The notes beneath the pieces were generated by a model that saw only the letters and a program-made list of their open reading frames with translations, made no database searches and was not told the origin of the DNA. The translations under genes were made by a program, and so were the position numbers. A DNA stretch of 64,000 bases from an uncultured bacterium. Its GTDB lineage: Bacteria > Desulfobacterota > Binatia > HRBIN30 > CADEER01. Positions 29,064 to 38,519 of the stretch are shown in pieces. Each line of letters opens with the position of its first letter. Within the stretch, counting starts at the first letter, position 1. Location: assembly GCA_963757755.1 (NCBI GenBank), contig CAVWTK010000004.1, positions 316,073 through 380,072 on the forward strand, written 5' to 3'.

Positions 29064-30245
29064 TCACGGGGGGCAGGTGCCGAGCGCGACGTTGACCGCC
29101 TGCACGAGCTCGTTGACCGTGATGCTGCCGTCGCCGTTGGTATCCATCGCCGGGCACAGGTCGAGCGCCGCGCCGTTGATCAGGATGTTGACGCCCACCA
29201 GCAACTCGTTGATCGACACGTCGCCGCTGGCGTCGCAATCGCCCGCGCAGGCCGGCGGGGGCGGCGTCTCGTCGACGGTGATCGCACCGTCGCTGCCGAT
29301 GACCGACACCGGCACGCCGTCCGGATCGCTCCCCAGCATCTCGCCCGCCGTGATCGGGTAGACGCCGGCCCCCGTCTCGGCACCGATCGACACCGCGCAG
29401 GTGAAGAGCAACGCGCCGTCGGGGATCGGCGTCTCGTTGTCGACCGACAGGACGAGGGCGTGGACGCCAGTGCAGTCATCGCCCGGCGTGCAGCCGCTCG
29501 GCGTGAAGACAAAGCTCTGGACGTCGAGGCTGATGCTGCCATTGACGGTGCAGTCCGGTGCGCCGCCTTGGCTGACGGCGACGGGCGTCGCAGGATCGAA
29601 ACCGAAGTCCACCTGTACGCCGGCGATCTTCGCGGTCTGGTCGAGCAGAGCCAGCGTCACATCGATCTGCACGGTGTCCCCGGCCCGGCCCTCCGCCGAG
29701 CCGAGGACGACCTGCGCCACCGGTGGCGGAATCGACGTCACCTGGCCGTTCACGCCGGTGGTCGGCAACAGCACGCCGCCGGCGGCCGAGCTGCCGACCT
29801 CCGCCTGCGTGAGAGGATACGACCCAGCCGGGGCGGCCGGCGCGATTCGCACCGCACAGGTGTAGAGGCGCGACCCGTCCGCGATCGCGCTGAGATCGCT
29901 GAACGAGAGGACGAAGGTCCGCACGCTGGTGCAGTCGACCGCTGGATCGCAGCCGAGCGGGAGAAAGCGGAACGCCGTGGCGCCCTTGTTGATCTCCGGA
30001 TTGACGGCGCAGTCGGGAGCGCCGTTGACGCCCGCCGCGATGTACGCCTGGCGCGTGAAGTCGATGCGATTCTGCGTCGCCAGCACCGCGCTGCCTTCGG
30101 TGGCCAGGGTGACGTCGATCGGCACGACCTGACCGGGCGCACCCGATCCCGAGCCCACGGCAATCACGACCGCCTGCGCGACACCGGCCGCCGACACCAT
30201 CACCACGCCGAGGAGCAGCGCCCCCCCGAATTCCCTGCCTCGCAT
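29064..30245 (-). CDS. Secreted protein with two tandem cohesin-like domains and a C-terminal dockerin (scaffoldin-like adaptor)
   Basis: Signal peptide GGALLLGVVMVSAAGVAQA. Two ~125 aa repeats (VVIAVGSGSGAPGQVVPIDVTL...APDCAVN...LYTCAVRIA...GSYPL and VVLGSAEGRAGDTVQIDVTL...APDCTVN...LFTCAVSIG...GVYPI) with a cohesin-like beta-sandwich pattern. Dockerin CAGDCDASGDVSINELLVGVN...DTNGDGSITVNELVQAVN. Confidence 0.55.
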   Translation of the reverse strand: MRGREFGGALLLGVVMVSAAGVAQAVVIAVGSGSGAPGQVVPIDVTLATEGSAVLATQNRIDFTRQAYIAAGVNGAPDCAVNPEINKGATAFRFLPLGCDPAVDCTSVRTFVLSFSDLSAIADGSRLYTCAVRIAPAAPAGSYPLTQAEVGSSAAGGVLLPTTGVNGQVTSIPPPVAQVVLGSAEGRAGDTVQIDVTLALLDQTAKIAGVQVDFGFDPATPVAVSQGGAPDCTVNGSISLDVQSFVFTPSGCTPGDDCTGVHALVLSVDNETPIPDGALLFTCAVSIGAETGAGVYPITAGEMLGSDPDGVPVSVIGSDGAITVDETPPPPACAGDCDASGDVSINELLVGVNILINGAALDLCPAMDTNGDGSITVNELVQAVNVALGTCPP

Positions 30246-30315
30246 CCTGCTCGCTCTCCTTGGCGCCCACACTAGCGGGTGCCGCCGTCTGTAGCACAGG
30301 CGCATGGATGAAGAA

Positions 30316-30464
30316 CCACGGATGAACACCGATGGCCACCGATGGACGCAGATCCCCGCACGGCCCCGCCCCCGCAAGAAAAGGACGATCATCGAACAAA
30401 TTGATTCCCGTTTTTGGGTGGGCGTCTGTGTTCATCTGTGGCCATCGGTGTTCATCTGTGGTTC
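30316..30464. repeat. Palindromic repeat family 1, copy A (arms ~41 bp, 66 bp lower-GC spacer) in a divergent promoter region
   Basis: ccacggatgaacaccgatggccaccgatggacgcagatcccc ... gtctgtgttcatctgtggccatcggtgttcatctgtggttc. The arms are reverse complements. Second copy at 56978-57069. Confidence 0.75.
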
Positions 30465-30488
30465 TCGGGCCGTGGTACAGCGTCGCGC

Positions 30489-31625
30489 ATGACCGAAGTC
30501 GCATACTTCCACGTCGACGAGGCCATCATTCACGCGCCGCCCGCGCGCTGCTTTGAGCTCGTATTGGCAGCGCGGCGCTACGGCGAATGGTGGCGTCTCG
30601 TGCGCACCGAGGTGCTCGGCACGGAGGGCATGCTGCGCGTCGGCAGCCGCTATCGGATGTCTGGCGGGCCGGTCAGTTGGGTGGTGGAGGTGACGGGGCT
30701 CGATCCGCACCGCGGCATCGATCTGCGGTATGCGGACGGCGACATGCTCGGGCCGGCGCGGTGGGAGTTTCTCGCCGAGTCCGGCGGCACCCGCGTGCGC
30801 TACGCCTATCGGGGTGTGCGCCCGAACAGCGCGCACACCGCGGCGTCATTCGGGAGTGGACGCAGTCTGCGTCTGCACGCCCAGGCGATGCGCGACGACG
30901 CGTTCGCCGGCATGCGCCGCGTGCTCGAGTCGCCGGCCGGCGACACGAGCGGCGGTGATCTCTTCGATGCCCTGCACAGCCAGCGCGCCGTCCGGCGTTT
31001 CCGGGCGGACCCGATCGCCGACGCCGTGCTGCGGGAGATCCTCGCCGCGGCCACGCGCGCGCCCAGCGCCCGCAACGCCCAGCCGTGGGCCTTCGTCGCG
31101 GTGCGTGATGCCGACGCCAAGGCGGCCATTGGCCGCGTCTACCTGGACGCCTGGCACCGTGCCCAGGCGTTCACGGTCGCCGCTGATGCCGACGCGGACA
31201 TCAAGGCGCGAGCCGACTACGCCCCGATGATGCGCGCCGTCGACCATCTCGCGACCCACGTGCACGAAGCGCCGGTGCTGGTGCTGTGCGGTCTCGACAC
31301 GACGCGCCTCGGCCCGATGGCCGATGGACGCGGCACCGTCGTCGCGCCGCTGTCCGCCTACGCGTCGATCTTCCCCGCCGTCCAGAACCTCATGCTCGCC
31401 GCGCGCGGCCTCGGCATCGGCTCCACCCTCACCACCGTCTTCCACGGCGCCGACGCGGCGATGCGGGCGGCCGTCGGCATGCCCGAGCACATTCACATCG
31501 CCGCACTCGTGCCCCTCGGCTATCCGTTGCGCCCGTTCCGCGTCACCACCCGCCGTCCGCTCGACGAGGTGGCGTTCCTCGATCGGTGGAATGCTCCGCT
31601 ACCCCGCGCGAACGTCCGGGCGTAG
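30489..31625 (+). CDS. Fusion protein: N-terminal SRPBCC (START/polyketide-cyclase-like) domain + C-terminal nitroreductase-family domain
   Basis: N-terminus MTEVAYFHVDEAIIHAPPARCFELVLAARRYGEWW. The C-terminus has LREILAAATRAPSARNAQPWAFVAV and LVPLGYP, typical of nitroreductases. Single intact ORF. Confidence 0.65.
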   Translation: MTEVAYFHVDEAIIHAPPARCFELVLAARRYGEWWRLVRTEVLGTEGMLRVGSRYRMSGGPVSWVVEVTGLDPHRGIDLRYADGDMLGPARWEFLAESGGTRVRYAYRGVRPNSAHTAASFGSGRSLRLHAQAMRDDAFAGMRRVLESPAGDTSGGDLFDALHSQRAVRRFRADPIADAVLREILAAATRAPSARNAQPWAFVAVRDADAKAAIGRVYLDAWHRAQAFTVAADADADIKARADYAPMMRAVDHLATHVHEAPVLVLCGLDTTRLGPMADGRGTVVAPLSAYASIFPAVQNLMLAARGLGIGSTLTTVFHGADAAMRAAVGMPEHIHIAALVPLGYPLRPFRVTTRRPLDEVAFLDRWNAPLPRANVRA

Positions 31626-31860
31626 CCGCGGCCCTTGTGGCCGCACGGCGACGCCCGGCGTCGCCCGGTGGGGCGGCGTCAAGGCGCGCTTTGCACCGCC
31701 CGACCGGGCGGTGCAAAGCACCGCCGTGCGGCGACAAGCGCCGCGGCTACGTCTACCGATGACGCCCCGGTGCTACGACATCCGACCGTAGCTGCGGCAC
31801 CTGTGGCCGCCGGCGACGCCGCGCGTCGCCCGGTGGGGTGGCGGTGTGGCGCGGATTCTC
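31621..31860. repeat. Palindromic repeat family 2, copy A (nested palindromes built on GTAGCYGCGGCMCYTGTGGCCGC)
   Basis: cgtagccgcggcccttgtggccgc, ctttgcaccgcccgaccgggcggtgcaaag and ccgtagctgcggcacctgtggccgc, with gcgtcgcccggtgggg occurring twice. Shares units with 36811-36939. Confidence 0.7.
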
Positions 31861-31970
31861 GCCCGCAACGGAAACGGGCGCCGCGGATCATCCGGCCACG
31901 CACCAAGCGGCGAACCCGATTTGTCTCATCGCCCCCTCGCCCGCTATGCACGGGATAGGGGGTCTTCACC

Positions 31971-34900
31971 GTGCGTATACGACTGCTGACCGTTGCCGTC
32001 CTCGCGATCACGCTTGCCGCCTGTGGCTCCAGCAACGACAACAAGCCCCGCCCGACGGCGACCGCCGGCGTCCCGACGGCCACCAAGCCGCCGGCCACCG
32101 CCACCCAGCCGGCGAGCACGGCCACCAGCGCCCCGACCAATACCACCCCCCCGGGAACCGCCACGAACACCCCACGCGCGACCGACACGACCGCGCCGAC
32201 CAACACTGTTCCGCCGGCGACGGCGACCGCGACGCCGGCCGCCACCGACACGACCGCCCCCGGCACGACCACCGCCACAGCCACCGCCACGGTGCCGCCG
32301 ACGATGACCAAGCCACCCGCCACCGCGACCGCGACCCCGGTGGTGAGCCACACGCCCACGCAGACTCCGTCACCGACGGCGACCAGCCTCCTCTCCGTCC
32401 GCATTCTCGAGCCGGCCAACGGCAGCACCGTGACCACCGTCTCGTTCACGATCCGCGCTGCCGTCGATCCGGCCGATGCCGCCGTGGAAAGCGTCGACGC
32501 CGACCTGAACGGCACGGCGATCGGCCTTACGGCCGGCACCGTCGCCGGACAGTACGTCGCGGAGATCGGCCCGAACGACGCGCTCGAACCCGACAATGTC
32601 CTGACCGTCACCGCCATTCCGGCGGGCAGCGCCGCGGCGGTCAGCAACACCGTCGGCTTCCACTATCTGCCGCCGCAGTCGGTGGCGCGGCGGATCAGCG
32701 ATCCCGCCGACCTCATCACCGGACCGCTCGCCGACGGCAAGGTCGGCGATTGGCTGCTCGCCAACAGCGTGGCGCGCTTCATCATCCAGGACGCGCCGCA
32801 GCGCAATCTGTACAGCGTCGGCGCGTTCGGCGGGAACATCATCGACGCCGAGCTCGTCGGCCATCCCGGCCTCGACAACTTCCTCGAGATCCAGCCGGCG
32901 GTGCAGATCGAGACCGTGATCAACGCGCAGACGGTCGAGATCGTCAACGACGGCAGCGACGGACGCCCCGCGACGATCCGCACCTGCGGACCCGACGACG
33001 TGCTCGACTTCGTCAATCCGTCGACGATCATCGAGGACATCGGTGGACTGCCCTTCCCCGCCGCCGCCGACGACGCCGACTACAACGTCGAGGGTTGCAC
33101 CGAGTACAGCCTCGCGCCCGGCGAGCGGGCAGTGAAGATGGTCACGACGCTCTTCAACAACGACGACGCCGACCAGGGCTTCTACGTCGGCGACTACATC
33201 AACGCGTCCGGCGAGGTCGAGCAGTGGACGAACTCGGGCTCCGGCATCGGTGAGATTCTCACCAGCGACCTCAGCGTCATGAGCTTCATCGGCTACGGCG
33301 AGGCCGCGGGCGTCGATTACGCGCACGTCACGCTGCCGATCCCCGGATCGTCCCACCCCGGCTCGAGCTTCTTCACCGCCGCCGGCGTCTCCTACGTCAT
33401 GCAGAGCAACTCGGTCATCGACGTCGTGCTCGGCGCCGATCCGAACTTCATCGTCCCCGCCCACGGCAGCAACAGCTTCACGCGCTACTTCGCCATCGGC
33501 GACGGCAGCGGCAGCAACGCGGTCGACCTCGAGCGAATGGTGAAGGGCCTGCCGATCGGCTCGATCCACGGATGCGTCACCGTCGGCGGCGCTCCGGCGC
33601 CGCAGGCGCGCGTCGCCGTCGGCCCGGTCACCAACGGCGCGATCGCCAGCGTCACCTCGATCTTCAGTCACCGGCCCCGACGGCTGCTACGCCGGCACGT
33701 TGCCGCCGGGAACCTACGGTGTGGCCGCGGCGCGCCAGGGCACGCCGTACGAGGGCGGCGGTCCGACGCCCGTCGTCCATCCGATCACGCGTCGGCGACG
33801 GCGACACGCGTCGAGCAGAACATCGCGCTGCCGGCGACCGGGTCGCGTGCGCGTGGCGGTCGCCGACGCAGACGGCGCAGCCGCTGCCGGCGCGCGTCGC
33901 GGTCATCGGCTTCGATCCGAGCCCGGAGGTCGCCTTCCCCGGTTCCGACACCACCGGTCTCTTCTACGACCAGAAGGAGGCGCTGCCCTTCGGCATAGCC
34001 CACGTCGACTACACGGATTCGCACGGCCACGCCGAGTTCGACATCGAGCCGGGCGACTACCAGATCGCGGTGTCGCGCGGCACCGAGTACTCGCTCTACA
34101 CCGAGACCGTCGCCGTCGCCGCCGGCGCACCGACCACCGTCGTCGCGCAGATCGTGCACGTCGTCGAGAGTCACCGGCTTCGTCTCCTCCGACTTCCACG
34201 TCCACGGCATCGCCAGCGCCGACTCGCGCATCCCCAATCGGGACCGCGTGCGGCAGTTCGCCGGCGAGGGTGTCGACAACATCATCATGACCGATCACCA
34301 CGCCCACACCGACCTGATGCCGACCATCGAGAGCCTCGGCTTCACGCCGTTCGTGCACGCCACCATCGGCGAGGAGATCACGACCTGGGACTACGGCCAC
34401 TACAACGCCTACCCGTTGCTCGTCGACCCGACGCTCCCGAACGGGGGCTCCACCGACTGGGCGGTCGCGGAGCCCGCGGGCAAGGACTTCAAATCGCTCG
34501 GGGCATTCATCCCTGAGCCTGCCGGCTCTGCAGGTCCTGGCCGAAACCGGGCCGAACAGCGACGCCCGGACACGGTCGTGCAGATCAATCACATCGACAG
34601 CAACTTCGACCCACTGCAGATCGACACCTCGCTGGTGCCGCCGCAGTCGTTCATCAGCCCGGCCGACCTGCTGCGCTACCGCCTCGATCCGAACAGCGGC
34701 AATCTGTTCGCCCACTTCAAGGCGCTCGAGCTGTGGAACGGCTCGGGCCGCGGCAAGCAGGCGGAGTTCCTCGATCTGCGCCTCGGCATCTGGTTCAACC
34801 ATCTGAACCAGGGCCTATCGACGACCGGCATCGCCGACACCGACACGCACGAGTTCCTGCCGCTCAACAGCGCCGGGCGCGCGGACGTGGACGGCCTCGC

Positions 34901-35549
34901 CGACCGACGATCCCAGCCGAGATCGATCCCGCCGACGTGGCCCGCGCCGTCGTCGCCGGCCGCGCGGTCTGCGGCCAGGGCGTCTACGTGCAGGCGCGCC
35001 TGCGCGCCGGCGACGATTCCGGCGCCGTCGCCGACTTCAGCTCGGACCGGCAGTGTCCACGGTGCGCAGCGAGAGCGGCACCGTGCTGCTCGACGTCGAC
35101 GTGCAGGCGCCGCTCTGGGCGCCGTTCGACCGCATCGAGATCTATGCCAACGCCGACACCGTCGTCGCCCGCGAGCGCGGCGGCGTGCCGACGCTCTTCG
35201 GTGCCGAGCCCACGCTGGTGCTCAAGGCCGGCGTCGACGTGCCGCTCGAGCGCGAGGTGGTCGACGCGCGGGTCGAAGGCGCCGAGCGGTGGGTGTCGCA
35301 CTTCACCGTTCCCTTCCCGCTCACCAGCGGACACCTGGTTCGTCGTGGTCGTGAAGGGCACCGACGGCGTCTCCCGGCCGATGTTCCCGGTGCTTCGGCG
35401 AGGACATCCGCCGCGCCACCAACACCACGCTGGCGGACCTCACCGACGGCAATCTCGGCGAGGACGGCACGCTGGCCCTCGGCTTCACCAACGCGCTCTA
35501 CGCCGACGTCGACAACGAACCCGGCTTCAACCCGCCGAAAACGCCGTGA
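31971..35549 (+). CDS. Very large lipoprotein (~1190 aa) with PT-rich linker, beta-rich domains, a CarboxypepD_reg-like domain and a PHP-type metal-dependent phosphoesterase domain; at least 4 frameshifts
   Basis: Lipobox VLAITLAACGSSND. ~120 aa T/P/A linker. GCVTVGG...GTYGVAAARQGTPYEGG. PHP motifs SSDFHVHGIASADS and NIIMTDHHAHTD. Segments lie in at least 4 frames. The predicted TGA at 35547-35549 overlaps the GTG of the next gene. Confidence 0.5.
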
Positions 35550-36763
35550 TCCGCATCGCCGCGGCCCTCGGCGCCGGCCTGCTCCTGGCCGGCGCCGTCG
35601 TCGCGCAGCCCAACGCCGAGGTTGCCCCGCTTCTCGCCGCGATCGAGTCGGCGCCGGTGACCGTGCTGGCGCGCGTCGACGCCGCCAAGAGCGTCGACAT
35701 CAGCGGCTACGTCGCCACCCTCACCGTGCTCCAGCCGCTGCGCGGTGCCGCCGCCGGTGCGCCGATCACGGTACTCTGGGAGGAACTGTCGCGCGGCCGT
35801 CCGGCGCGGCTCGCGAACGGACAGACGGTCCTCGTCGCGCTCGTCGAGCTGCCGACCGGATCGCTGTGGCGCCAGCGCGCCGCCGACCACCCGGGCGCTC
35901 GAACGATCGCCGGTAGTGGGAATGCGCTCGTTCACGATCCGTCGCCCCGCGACGTGCAGCTGCTGACGCAATACGCCGCGCTGGCGCCCGATGCCGAGCC
36001 GGCGCTGCGCGCGTCGGCGCTGCTCGGCATCGCCGGCACCGCGTCGCCGGCGATCGCGGTCGCCGCGCTCGAACGATTGCGCCGCGTGCCGGCACTCACC
36101 GCGGCGATCCCCGACAAGGGTCTCGTCGCCCTGCTCGAGACCGCGTCCGACGGCGCGCGTCCGCCGGCGCTGCGCGTGGCGATCGTCGAGCTCGCCGCCG
36201 TCGCCCGGCGGCCGGCGACGCGGCCCGCGCTCGAACGATTGGCGCGACCGGGCAGCGCGCTCGAGCCCGAGGCGTTGACGGCCATCGCCGCCGCCGCCGG
36301 CGGCCTGCCGCCGGCGCGCGCCGAGGCGCTGCTCGATCGGCCGGAGGCGGCCGTGCGCGCCGTCGGCGCGCGCTTCGTCAGCGGCAACGCCGTCGAGCGG
36401 CGCCTCCCCGCACTGGTGCGCAGCGATCCCGATGCGCGCGTTCGCGCCGCCGCCGCGGTCGCGCTCGCCGCGACGCACACCGCATGGGGCGTCGACGGGT
36501 GCGTGCCGGCGCTGGCCGATCCCGATCCGTCGGTCCGCTCGGCCGCCGCGGAAGCGCTCGGCGCGCTGGGCGCGCCGGTGGTCAGCGCGCTCGAAGACGT
36601 CGCCCGCACCAACCCCGAGGCCGCCCGCGGCGCCCTCACCGCCCTCGCCCTCGCCGGCCCCACCGGCGAACAAGCCCTGCGCCGCTTCAGCACGGAGCTC
36701 CAAGACCCCAAGCTGCGCGCCTTCGCCCGACTGGCACTGGGCCAGGGCCCGAAGGCCCACTAG
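35546..36763 (+). CDS. Secreted HEAT-repeat (PBS-lyase-type) protein; GTG start
   Basis: Signal peptide IRIAAALGAGLLLAGAVVA. Repeated DPDARVRAAAAVALA / DPDPSVRSAAAEALGALG units. Confidence 0.55.
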   Translation: MIRIAAALGAGLLLAGAVVAQPNAEVAPLLAAIESAPVTVLARVDAAKSVDISGYVATLTVLQPLRGAAAGAPITVLWEELSRGRPARLANGQTVLVALVELPTGSLWRQRAADHPGARTIAGSGNALVHDPSPRDVQLLTQYAALAPDAEPALRASALLGIAGTASPAIAVAALERLRRVPALTAAIPDKGLVALLETASDGARPPALRVAIVELAAVARRPATRPALERLARPGSALEPEALTAIAAAAGGLPPARAEALLDRPEAAVRAVGARFVSGNAVERRLPALVRSDPDARVRAAAAVALAATHTAWGVDGCVPALADPDPSVRSAAAEALGALGAPVVSALEDVARTNPEAARGALTALALAGPTGEQALRRFSTELQDPKLRAFARLALGQGPKAH

Positions 36764-36810
36764 CCGCGCGCCCGCAACGGCGGCGGTCTTGCCGCCCGGG
36801 TCCGCATCGA

Positions 36811-36939
36811 ACCGTAGCTGCGGCACCTGTGGCCGCGGGCAGCGCGGAGCGCTGCCGGGCGAGGGGGGAGCGGCGCCAACCCGCCGCCCCTCCGGGCGAC
36901 GCATCGCGTCGCCGGCGGCCACAGGTGCCGCGGCTACCG
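36811..36939. repeat. Palindromic repeat family 2, copy B, between convergent genes
   Basis: ccgtagctgcggcacctgtggccgc ... gcggccacaggtgccgcggctacc, with internal palindromes ggcagcgcggagcgctgcc and gcgacgcatcgcgtcgcc. Confidence 0.7.
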
Positions 36940-37004
36940 CTCGTGTCGGTCGCCCGACTGCCCAACCACGCTGGTCCGCGTCGCTCCGGCGGCGCGGGCG
37001 ACGT

Positions 37005-37694
37005 TCACTTCCCCCGTCGCGCCGCCATCTGCTTCCGCATCGCCGATGCGACCGGCGCCGTATTGAACTGCGGCGCGTCGAGCGACGGCAACGGATCCTC
37101 CCCGGCGAGGTACGTGTCGAGGTACGGGAAGTCGTCGTAGCCCCAGAAGACCTCGTCGCCGACGGCCATGGACGGCACGCCGAACACGCCGGCGGCGATG
37201 GCGTCGTCGGTCTGCTGGCGCAGACGCGCTTTCGCTTCGGGCTGCTGTGCGGCGGCGACCAACGCGGCGCCGTCGAGACCCGCCTCGTTCGCCACCCGCG
37301 CCACGACCTCCGGCTCGCTCACGTGCTGCCCGTTCACCCACACCGCCGCGAACAGTCCGGTGATCAGTCGGTTCCGATCCTCCTCCGGCATCGGCAGCGA
37401 GGAGATGCGCAGCGACAGCAACGGATTGAACGGATGGAAGCGCGGCACGCTCAGCGGCAGGCCGAGCCGCGCCGCTTTGCGCAGGTTGTTGCGCCACATC
37501 CAGCGCGCCTTGATCGGCACCTCGGCCGGGCCGAGCAACCCGGTGGACTCGAGCAACCCGGCGAAGAGCACCGGTACCGGCTCGATCGGCGCGCCGCGGC
37601 GCGCCGCCATCTCCGGCAGGGCGTGCCAGGCGATGTAGGCGTTGGTCGAGATGTAGTCGAAGTAGAAGCGGACCGACTTCACTGCGTCGCCCAT
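37005..37694 (-). CDS. DsbA-like thioredoxin-fold protein of the 2-hydroxychromene-2-carboxylate isomerase family
   Basis: VRFYFDYISTNAYIAW...RWMWRNNL...GVFGVPSMAVGDEVFWGYD. Confidence 0.7.
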   Translation of the reverse strand: MGDAVKSVRFYFDYISTNAYIAWHALPEMAARRGAPIEPVPVLFAGLLESTGLLGPAEVPIKARWMWRNNLRKAARLGLPLSVPRFHPFNPLLSLRISSLPMPEEDRNRLITGLFAAVWVNGQHVSEPEVVARVANEAGLDGAALVAAAQQPEAKARLRQQTDDAIAAGVFGVPSMAVGDEVFWGYDDFPYLDTYLAGEDPLPSLDAPQFNTAPVASAMRKQMAARRGK

Positions 37695-37746
37695 GCGCGC
37701 GCCCTCCATACGACGTCCGTTACGGCGGCTCTGCCGACGCTGCAAG

Positions 37747-38466
37747 CTAGACCAGTGCCAGCACCGTCGCCGGCGCGCCCGTGCCGCCGCGCAGACGCAA
37801 CGCCCCGACGACGATCGTCACGCCGACGGGCGGCAACCGATCGAGGTTGGCGAGGTTCTCGAGCAACAGCCGCGGGGCGTCGAGCACGCGCGCATTGACG
37901 GCGAAGGTTGCGGCGTCGCCGCCGTCGACGCCGTGCGTGTCGATGCCGAGGCCGCTCACCGAACGCTCAGCGAGCAACCATGCGGCGGCCGCCAGTGACA
38001 CGCCGGGAAAATGCATGCGGCCGTCGGCGCCACGGTTGAAGAAGCGAGCCGGATCACCCCAGCGCGACGCCCATCCGCTGCGCACCAGCACCGCCGCGCC
38101 GGCGGGGATCGTCCCATGCGCCCCCTCCCAGGCGGCGATCTCGTCCCTACCGAGTCGATGATCGGGATCGCGCGCCGACGCCGCGGCGATGTCGACGACG
38201 ACCGCCGGCACGACCAACGAGTCGGCCGCATAGCCATCGATCGCCGCGCCGCCTGCGTGGAAGGATGCCGGGGCGTTGGCGTGCGTGCCGCTGTGCTCGC
38301 CGACGCTCACGCGGCGCAGTCCGTAGCCCTCGTCGGCCAGCGTCGCGACCGTCTCGAACGTCAGCGGCGGATCGCCCGGCCACTCCGGCATGCCCGGCGC
38401 GAGGACGTGGCTGAGATGGACGACACGCCGGTAGCGAATGACTCTCGGCTCGACCCCCTCCGACAT
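37747..38466 (-). CDS. Putative cyclase / kynurenine-formamidase-like family protein
   Basis: VVHLSHVL...GEHSGTHANAPASF...LGIDTHGVDGG, HxGTHxDAPxH-type motif. Confidence 0.65.
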   Translation of the reverse strand: MSEGVEPRVIRYRRVVHLSHVLAPGMPEWPGDPPLTFETVATLADEGYGLRRVSVGEHSGTHANAPASFHAGGAAIDGYAADSLVVPAVVVDIAAASARDPDHRLGRDEIAAWEGAHGTIPAGAAVLVRSGWASRWGDPARFFNRGADGRMHFPGVSLAAAAWLLAERSVSGLGIDTHGVDGGDAATFAVNARVLDAPRLLLENLANLDRLPPVGVTIVVGALRLRGGTGAPATVLALV

Positions 38467-38519
38467 CGCGGCGACGCTACGCGTTCGGCGCCACGGCAGG
38501 CAACCGCGGCGAGTTGGCA

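Noticed and set aside
30304-30492. Short ORFs encoding MNTDGHRWTQ... / ...VHLWPSVFI peptides (also at 56915-57133)
   Set aside because: These peptides arise from translating the palindromic repeat family 1 in both orientations. They are not genes.
36432-37898. 488 aa plus-strand ORF spanning the repeat element and antisense to the HCCA-isomerase gene
   Set aside because: It crosses an intergenic palindromic repeat and overlaps a well-supported minus-strand gene. No motifs are present.
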